A DNA stretch of 64,000 nucleotides, taken from Fimicolochytrium jonesii. Lineage: Eukaryota. A program made the position numbers and the translations under genes. Shown one piece after another: positions 55,716 through 64,000 of this stretch; positions within the stretch are counted from its first letter, which is position 1, and each line of letters opens with the position of its first letter. The notes beneath the pieces were generated by a model that had not been told where the DNA came from, did no database searches, and saw only the letters and a program-made list of their open reading frames with translations. The stretch covers positions 372,001 to 436,000 of the forward strand of contig NW_026515668.1 in assembly GCF_025526975.1 (NCBI RefSeq), in the 5' to 3' direction.

Positions 55716-56831
55716 ATGTCGACTCCGACCCCCGCACAACTTTCAGAGGTTAAGCGAATCCTTGCTCTGCCCGACGCTGACCGGCATCCGCCACAGGTCC
55801 TGCAGCTCACATACAATGTGTGTGCCTCCCGAGAAGCCGCCGATACTCGGAAGGTCACGACAACATTCCGTGTCAAATCCCTGCTGATTCATCCGGATCG
55901 ATGTTCAGATCCTGGTGCCACGCAAGCTTTCAGCATCTTGCGGAAAGCGTACGAAGATGCGACGGCTGGAAACATCGGCCCAGAGGCTCGCGGAAAGCCA
56001 TTCAGAGCTCAGAGTTACTCCTACTGCCCTCCAACGTTCAACAAATATGACTTTGATACCCACGGGAAGACGCAAGCTATGGACTCTCGGATCGCAAAAG
56101 CAGTAGCGAAAGCGCGCAGAGCCCAGGAAAAGGTGGATCATGCCGCGCGAAAAGCAGAGGCTGCAAGCCAGAAGCGTCAAGAGCAAAGCACACGAGATTT
56201 CGAAGAGCGAGCCCGGCGACACGCCAACCGTGACTTCCGCCACAACATGCGCAAGTATCATTCAACGGAAACCATACTAGATGACTTCATCGCCGAAGCG
56301 GGGCGCACACTGGACAAGGATGCATCCATGCACGAAAGCACCCGAAGCAAAAGTGAGGAGGATTTTTGGGCGCAGCGAGGCGCGCAGGAAGAGCGAGAGA
56401 AGCAGGAGCGCGCGGACAAGAGCACGAGAGCAGCAGCGTTCCGCGACAGCGAGGACTTCCTTACCTCGATGAATAAAGATCGATGGGAAGAGACGCTCGA
56501 ATGGCGCAAGTCAATGTCTGATACAATCAACGGCGGAGGAAGATATCGAAGAGGCGGCTTCGGAGAAGATCGTGAGGAGAAGCGTCGGAAGGAGAAGAAA
56601 GCAAAACGCAAATTGGAAAAACAGAAAGAGAAGGAACAAGAGAAGGCTGCGAAAGCTGCGAAAGCCGAAGAAGCTGCGAAAGCCGACGAAGCTGCGAAAG
56701 CCGACGAAGCTGCGAAAGCCGAACAAGTCACGAAAGATGCAACCACGTCGGTAGAAAAGCTATCTCCCACATTCCTTTTGACGGTGGAGGAAACGTCTTC
56801 ACCCGGAGTCGGGGCGCCCGCTTGTGAGTGA
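55716..56831 (+). CDS. J-domain (DnaJ class C) protein, intronless
   Basis: FRVKSLLIHPDRC..ATQAFSILRKAYE (HPD motif) followed by charged helical regions. Confidence 0.85.
   Translation: MSTPTPAQLSEVKRILALPDADRHPPQVLQLTYNVCASREAADTRKVTTTFRVKSLLIHPDRCSDPGATQAFSILRKAYEDATAGNIGPEARGKPFRAQSYSYCPPTFNKYDFDTHGKTQAMDSRIAKAVAKARRAQEKVDHAARKAEAASQKRQEQSTRDFEERARRHANRDFRHNMRKYHSTETILDDFIAEAGRTLDKDASMHESTRSKSEEDFWAQRGAQEEREKQERADKSTRAAAFRDSEDFLTSMNKDRWEETLEWRKSMSDTINGGGRYRRGGFGEDREEKRRKEKKAKRKLEKQKEKEQEKAAKAAKAEEAAKADEAAKADEAAKAEQVTKDATTSVEKLSPTFLLTVEETSSPGVGAPACE
56655..56723 (+). repeat. 18-bp coding repeat x4 (AAKA[ED][EQ])
   Basis: GCTGCGAAAGCCGA(A/C)GAA at 56655, 56673 and 56691, with a shorter copy at 56709. 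Confidence 0.95.
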
Positions 56832-57011
56832 CTGACATTCATCACCAACTATTTATATATTTCTGAGACTACACTTTTCTGCGAACCCTACTACACCTCA
56901 TTCCAAAACGCTTGGTTATACTTAGTTTCATCGATGACAAGCGCAGAAGGCACTTCTTGATGATTCGTTCTGCATTGTGACGGACTCCTCCAAGGCGAAG
57001 GTTTCTTTCGA

Positions 57012-57418
57012 TTACTTCTTCTGAGCAATTGCCAGGAGCTATGTAAAACTCTATCAGCCTCTTGGTCCTGACGCAGCGGCTTGAGCCAACTCTTAGTCTA
57101 GAAAGAACTCACATGGATAGCCGCCACCGCCGCTCCAACGGCAGGCATGTACTGGATGAGTTGAGGGCGATATTTGAGATACGCCTGCGGAAGCGAATCA
57201 GAAACATTAGAAAACATCATTTGCACCAGCCCTAGTTGCGCAGATTCCGAGAGCTCTGCATCGCTTTGTTCGCCTACCAGACCAGGAGCGATGACTCCAA
57301 CGTGAACCCAGTTGATTAGAGTCGTGTCATTGGAGAAGACTCGAGCCAATCCGGTTTGAGATACTTGTTTCGTGGCTTCGCCGGCTCTCTTGACGGCCTC
57401 AGCACTATCGTTGACCAT
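57012..57418 (-). CDS. Small (~80 aa) two-helix membrane protein, 3 exons, unknown function
   Basis: MVNDS..TLINWVHVGVIAPGL|AYLKYRPQLIQYMPAVGAAVAAIH|LLAIAQKK*, with GTAGGC..GCAG and GTGAGT..ATAG introns in compatible phase. Confidence 0.6.
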
Positions 57419-58239
57419 TTTGGCAGTTGTTCGATGTTTTGCACAAAACTTCTGGTGTGTTGGATTGGTTTCCGATGCCCCGAGCGATTTCAAGGTGGTA
57501 ACGAAGTGTGTAGGGGTTTGGGCCGAATGCGGAGGATGTTCTGGCACATCTGGCTTTCATCGACGTCGGAATTTCAGTGCAAATTATAAGCGATAGGTCG
57601 CATTCTACTGACCTCCACATACGTATCATGATTGCGTCAGAACGATAGTTCCGCTGGCAGTCCCGATGTATTGGACAAACCAAATTCCCTTCCCTCCCAC
57701 AATAATGACCTTCGCGTCAACGGGGGACATGAGATCTTTTATTCGACCTCCACGCACTCCTCCATCAATTATGAGTGCTGCCCAGCGGGTTGATGGAGGA
57801 CCGAAGAACCTGCACGATAGCATATTCCTGAAACTTTTGCTCTATTTCGGCTGAGCTTCTTTTCCTTCCGGCAACCACTTTTTGCGAAGATCAACCATTC
57901 TCCTGAGCGTCACAGTAAAAGTGTCAGAAAGCTGTCAGTCTTTGGTTTCTCTGCGCTCCCCTTTCATGCCGCTCTGCTCTGAAGTCCTCCTCCTCAAGTC
58001 CTCCGGCCTGACAAAGATTCTCGGACCCGTCCAGTGCTAGCTTCTCGACTTACTATTTCGACGGCCCCGTTTGATAAGAAGCGTAAACTGACTAGCTTAC
58101 CCTTCTGCAACCAGAACGCATACGTAAGTCTGTCGCCGAACGTTCTGTCAGAAACCTCATGTCGTCTCACTAACGTGAGACAAAAAGGGGCCACGTCTTT
58201 GGAAGGAACAGCACCATCCAAAAATACAAGCCTCAAGCC

Positions 58240-60307
58240 ATGATCGAGTTCAACACCGCCGGCGAAGAGCTTTGGTGGGATCTGCCAATTCTCTGGATTA
58301 TATTGGCAGGTTGTCTGTACGAGACTTTTAGGGTCGTTGACCACGTAAGTGGCGCGCGAAACCCTTTGGACCACATGGAAGATTTGAAGAGGTCTCAGCT
58401 GACCTATGCGCAATATCTCAGACACCTGATGATGAGCAGGAAGATCAACCTCAGCTGGCTATGATGCGGTTGGCAATCAACATGCAAGAGCAGACGATGA
58501 GCCACATCTTGGGTAAAAGCATGACGTCTGGGTTTGCGAAGGGCTCACATCTAACGTTCCATCTGTCGTATGCAGATCTGCTGACGCATGTGACTTTATT
58601 GACGAACTCCTTCAAAAGGTTGGGCGACGAGTTCCACCGATACGCAGCTGCAAACTCGACGTTCAAGGAGGTTACGAAGGGTAAACAAAGCAAGGGCAAG
58701 TATCGATTGATGATCATCGCCCGCATCCCTCGAGACCGGCGCTCATGTACTAGCGCTGCGATGTCCAGAAATTGAACGCCTGAAGGATAATCTCGCAAAG
58801 ACGCAAGCTCAATTGGAAGCCTCGACTGAGTCTCTGCAGGAGGAGCGTCGCATGCGCGAGCAGAATGAAGAATTCCTCAAAACGCAGACGAAAGAGTACT
58901 CGATCCTGCAGTCGCTAGTCGGCAGCTTGGAGAATGAAGTCAGGATTCAGAGTGAGGCAATTGAGACGTTGTCGCAGCATCACAAGGTTCGTGCGAGTTT
59001 CCAAGCGAATATTGCTTCTCGTGACTGACCTGCTCGCATGTTCACTAGGACGGTCAAGACCGAGAAACTCATACACTTACCAATATCTTGGGCGTGCTTC
59101 GAGAGCAGGCGCAACGCGAGCATAAAGTCTCTTACCATCATCAGGAGGAGGTTCCGTTCAAAAGCTGCGATATGAAAGGTTAGATCACCATTGGAATGAC
59201 GAGTTGAGTGGCCCCTTCTCATCACTAGGCAATGCAGAAATCCAAGCTTTCAAAAATGAGCTGGCCAACACTCGGAAGCAGCTCAAGGAAGTCGAGGTGT
59301 CGCTGAAAGAAGAACGGCGTTTACAGGAGCAGATTGACGAGATGTTGAGGATAACCGAAGAACGAATGCAAGCCCAATTTGAATTGGTGCAGAAGATGAT
59401 CATGATGCAGAATCAAGATGACGGGACCGTACGGTTGGGGAACCAACGTTCGGAGGAGGAAGAGTACACGGAATTGCAATCAGGGTCGAAGGAGCAACAG
59501 TTTGCGGAGTTGCAGTCAGACTCGGAGGGCCTACAGTTTGCGGAGCCAAAATTGGAAGAAGAAGAACCGCTTTTGGAGGAAATGGAATACGAAGAGCCAC
59601 AAGACGACGACGCCCAATACGAGGGTCAACAAGATGAGGACCGTCAATACGAGGAACTCCTAAACGGGGAACCTCAGTACGAGGAATCCCAGTACGAGGA
59701 ACTCCAGAACGAGGAACTTCGATACGAGGAAGTCCAATACGAGGAACCGCAGTTAGAGGCACAGGAAATACAGCTGGAAGAACCGCAGCCAGCGGAAGAA
59801 CAGCCAGATGAGCCTCAGTATGCGCACGAACAGTCAGATGAGCCTCAGTGTGGAAAAGAACAGTGGAATGAAGCAGAGCCGGAGGAGGGTCAGGCTGAGG
59901 AGCAGTTTGCGGCTTACCGTGACGAGGTAGACTTGGCGTAGTTTGTTGAACATAGTCTCTGATAGATGCGTCACCTATTCAATGTTGCAACTCGTAGGAG
60001 GAAACTGAGGAACATGTGGCCGGGCGGGTTCGAGAGAGCATGCAAAACGTGGCAGGTGGGAGCCGTACCTGTGAGCGTTCATTGCCTTTTACATGGCACG
60101 TCTCCAACCTTCCGGCTCCCGTAAACAGATATGATGGCAGAAGAAGAACCAGCAAAGGCAGCTGCAAGGCACTACGCAACTCCCGGCCTAATTCCCAGCG
60201 CGTCGTGGAAGAGCCTTCAGAAGGGGGTGGCTCCAGAAGTCGACGATGAAAACGATAACAACGAGGAAGAGGAGGTTGAGTACACGCCGACGACGGAATA
60301 TACTTGA
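58240..60307 (+). CDS. Orphan multi-exon protein: N-terminal hydrophobic segment, coiled coils, acidic Tyr-containing repeats
   Basis: WWDLPILWIILAGCLY; duplicated coil motif (T.xQL...SL.EERR..EQ); EEPQYEE-like repeats; consistent GT-AG chain ending TTEYT*. Confidence 0.65.
59580..59830 (+). repeat. Degenerate 15-bp (5-aa) acidic coding repeat, (Y/L)EE.Q
   Basis: Recurrent TACGAGGAA..CAG/CAA units: YEEPQ, YEESQ, YEELQ, YEEVQ, YEEPQ, LEEPQ. Confidence 0.85.
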
Positions 60308-60909
60308 ACGGCAACTCACGATGCTTCCAGTGTCAAAATATGCTTTTATGGATGGTTCGAGTGAATTCTTTCTGGTGAGAATGTCGTCGGGCTGGGGAAG
60401 TCACATCAAAAAGTCGCGACACTATGTAGGAACATGGGTGATTCCCATCGACCGCGGCGTTAAATTTTCGAGCTGGGAGTTGTTCAGGGCTTGAGCCCTG
60501 CCACACTTCCATCATGCTTCCTCATGGCTAGTGATAGTCGCGAGATATGTATATATGTCCCTTATCCTGCTCCCCTAAAATTAAAACACTATTGCAAAGT
60601 TGGTCTAGGACTCTTGGAACCTGGAAGGTCGAGTTGTCTCGGAGAAGTCTTACAATCGGAGTTCATGTCGAAACACTGTCAAATGAAGAATTTTGTCCGA
60701 CAACTTCGGACACGCGCCAACGTCCTGGTCGAAATCCAAAAATTGCCCTCAAAGCGCCTAGGCACCCCTATAGTGCTCCCTACTAGGACCCGAACGCCCA
60801 ATTGAGAACGAGAACCTTCTCAAGTTGGGTACACATCTACACTGCGTTGGAAGAAGGGAAGGCGCCGGCGACCGAAAGCGCCCTGAGCGATCTACCCGAA
60901 ATTTGCGCA

Positions 60910-62440
60910 ATGTTACCACAAAGACGAAGCGCTCGGTTAGGGGCGAATGTAACGACAACGACGACGATAGTGAGCGTCAAGGAGGAGATTAGTACAGTGA
61001 CGGTCGCAAAACAAGAACTAGAGGGTTCCAAAAAGTCTGCAAAGAAATCCGTATCGGTGAGCATAAAGGAGGAAGAGGACATACAAGAAGACAGGGAGAA
61101 TATCGAACCGATACCACTGGTAGCAAACATCGACCCGACGTATCTAGCTCATATTCCCCCAGGACCATGTACCTTATCGTGGACTCACCATTCAGCATCC
61201 CCGGAGCGATGCGGAGAAAGCATGAAAGTCTGTTTGGGTGTCGATGAGGCAGGACGCGGGCCTGTTCTGGGTCCGATGGTGTATGCGGTGGCGTACATGC
61301 CTGTGGACATGAAGGACGATCTGGCGAATGTCGGGTTTGCTGGTGCGGAGAGAGGGATGCATGTTGCTCGCGTCGAGCTTGTGCTGACGCTGGAAACTAT
61401 CGACATCAGATTCCAAGTTATTAAAGGAAGAACAACGGGACAAGTTGTTCGGGACGTTACAAGACCATAACGATTGGATTGGCTGGGCCGTCCGCGTGTG
61501 CAGCCCGCAGGACATCTCGGAAGCCATGTTGAGGAGGTATACGAGCAGAGCCTAATTGCTGGTGTACAAAGCATGGTTGTCGCTGAACAATGGTCACCTC
61601 TAGATGTAAGCATAATCTCAATGAGTTAGCGCACGAAACAACGATGGATCTCATCGCCGAGACATTACAGCGAGGCATCAATGTTGCGGAGGTAAGGAGG
61701 GACCTGCCTATTCATTGCACTTGGTGAAACGGCTAACAGCGGCATCTATCTCTCTCCCCCCATTCGGCTACCAGGTTTACGTCGACACCGTCGGTCCACC
61801 GGATTCCTACAAACGGAAGCTGCAGGCACGCTTCCCACAACTCCGATTCACAGTCGCAAAGAAGGCCGACTCGTTATACCCCTGCGTGAGCGCTGCAAGT
61901 ATATGTGCCAAGGTGCGTGTCCTACCCACTTTATCTTGCTCGTCGTGGGCTTGCTGGCCGCATGACACATAACCCTGATGTAAACACTCCACAGGTCACC
62001 CGCGACGCGGTCCTGAAGCAATGGCAATATGTCGAAAACAACATTGAGACACTGTTTTCGAACCCTTTCGGCTCCGGATATCCATCGGATCCAAATACTG
62101 TCAACTGGATGAATCATCATATCGACCCTGTGTTCGGCTACCCACGCATCGTGCGCTTCAGCTGGGCGACGTCGGTAAACCTGCTGAAAGATAGAGCATG
62201 TGCTGTGAAGTGGTATGTCACAGCGAGGCGATTTTTTACTCGACTCGATTGCTGAAGGCCCTCCTCGTTCCGTGCAGGCCTGAAGAGGAGGAAGCAGCGG
62301 AAGGGGCAGACATTCGAGGATATTTTGGATCGAAGCCCACCGGCGGATCCAGTGGGGATAGCGGGACAACGTTGGCCAAAGCATTTCCCCCAAGAGACAC
62401 CTTGCTTGCCTCACTGAAGCACGTAGCTCAGTTTCCATAA
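60910..62440 (+). CDS. RNH201: Ribonuclease H2 catalytic subunit A
   Basis: [75 protein letters not shown]. Confidence 0.96.
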
Positions 62441-62804
62441 GATCGGCTGAAGACGCAACCATTGATCAAAGTTACCCGCGAATTGGCCGTATGGCACGCC
62501 ACTTTGAGTCTGGGTTTCATTTGACAGTCACACCACTTGGACAGAATGGAGCCTTCACACTCCAGTTGTACATACTGTAATCATACAGGAACGTAGCCTT
62601 GGCGGGTGGGAGAGCGTGTGCGCGGAAGACCAAAAATGGCGGCGAGAGATGATCGCATTATGTACACGTGCAGGTCGATTTGCTTTCAGCGAATAGGTAT
62701 GTAAGCGAAGACGCTTAATGGGATATGTACAAAGGTAGTTCCGAAACCCATGCCCTGGTAAGCGTCGGTTCGCCGGTCACACTTCCTGAAGTTAGAGTGC
62801 GTGA

Positions 62805-63447
62805 TCATAAATATGCTCGATCCACACGGAAAGCGCCGTTCGTCGACCCAGCTTTGCTCTGCGTATAGGACTCCACTTCGCTCTGGAAAGATATCAATTT
62901 GTCTGAGACCCCAATGCTGCATGCGCTCAAATTGAACGGAAAAGGCCGAGAACATCAAGGGTTCGGTCTGCAGACCCACCTCGAACTTCCTCTTGATTTG
63001 TGATATTTGCTTGATAACTCCATTTATATCTTCCTGCATCACTTGCAACGGTGATGTTTCTGGCGTCGTTTGCACCTTCAGATCAATAGAGTGATCCAAT
63101 GGATGGGGCATCCTATATCCAGCGAACAGCACTTTCCGGTTGTTCAACAATTCCCTGGTTTTCAATCAGTGAGTGAGCTCTTCAGCCACAGTATCCCACG
63201 CATTCGACCTCCAGAACCCTTCCTAGCTTCCCCGCTACTCACATGCGTAGTAAGTTCCCTAGAGTGTGGTCCTCCTTCTCGATATGGAATGTAGCAGCGT
63301 TCGGGATTTTGGTGTCTTTGATCTCTATGGCTCTATGGGTCGGAGTTAGGGTCACATGACACCAAAACTCCTCCTTGAGTTTTGTACTTACTTTGGGACG
63401 CCCTCAGGCATCAAGTACAGCTCCTGTGGTGCTGGTGCGTTGGACAT
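62805..63447 (-). CDS. RPB11: RNA polymerase II subunit Rpb11
   Basis: [19 protein letters not shown]|..[53 protein letters not shown]. Confidence 0.92.
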
Positions 63448-63824
63448 ATTGCAGTTCTGAGTGTGTTCTGTGGTTTGGGGATAAGTTGGGCGGAATGAAC
63501 GGGGCGTGAAAAAGGGTTGGCTTGTTCTCTTCCGAATACCTCAGACTTGTTGCTGGACTCGTCAATGTGGACCTCGTTCGATGTGCAGAATTGGTCAGTT
63601 TGCTGGGATGGCGACGAACTTGGGTTGAAGTCGAGGGGAATTGCCAGCGCCAGCACACATTTTGCCAAAGCCCTCAATAGACCTTAAAATAAGGGGCTAA
63701 GGTCACATAATGTGGATAAATAAAGACGAGTCTACCAGATAACTATCCCCAAAACACAGATGTAACCGGCATGCTCTGCGCTCGGTTATTTCTTGGTGTT
63801 ATTAACACTAATCGTAACGCAATT

Positions 63825-63842
63825 CCTAACCCTAACCCTACC
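63825..63842 (+). repeat. Short interstitial telomere-like repeat (CCCTAA)~2.5 upstream of RPB11
   Basis: cctaaccctaaccctacc read directly. Confidence 0.7.
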
Positions 63843-64000
63843 TTAGAGCTCAACATAATTATATGATAAGTCGCGCGAAATGTGGTGGGGTTAAACTGTG
63901 GTGGCTTTAGCACTTCGCGAATTTGGGGGCTTCGATATTTGGCGGAAGTTCAAAACCCCTTCAGTGAGGCGGGTGCGGGCGGTAGCTCATCAAAGGCCTG

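Noticed and set aside
62805..63447. Assignment as Pol I/III subunit RPC19
   Set aside because: The N-terminal NAP..EL..EG..K and [28 protein letters not shown] sequence fits Rpb11 better.
63825..63842. Chromosome end
   Set aside because: Only ~2.5 telomere-like units, followed by unique sequence.

Overview
This is eukaryotic, gene-dense, intron-rich genomic DNA with short GT-AG introns (mostly 50-100 nt) and CTRAC-type branch points. The intron style is fungal, while several gene families are animal/protist-like and, to my knowledge, missing from yeasts and most Dikarya (CAMSAP/CKK, Frizzled/Smoothened-like receptor, PRL phosphatase). Together these suggest an early-diverging, probably chytrid-like fungus (inference). 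I reconstructed about 24 protein-coding genes by hand-splicing: RVB1, a uridine-kinase-like gene, CBR1, DSK2, OST3/6, MTQ2, GID8, an intronless PAP2, an NT-C2 protein, PRL, MED16, FRA10AC1, polo kinase, a UBA-UBX-LRR protein, a CAMSAP-like gene, PH-RhoGAP, a Frizzled-like GPCR, a J-domain protein, RNH201, RPB11 and four orphans. The most interesting observations are: (1) a CAMSAP/patronin gene that splices in frame to an extra N-terminal EB1-like CH domain; (2) a uridine-kinase paralog with three catalytic motifs substituted, a likely pseudo-enzyme; (3) a UBA-UBX-SHP-like-BC-box-like-LRR architecture; (4) a PRL phosphatase lacking CAAX; (5) an orphan repeat protein with a Pds5-binding-like N-terminal motif. 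I recognised no rRNA, tRNA, CRISPR array or intact transposon. All exon boundaries are manual predictions and no database search was run.
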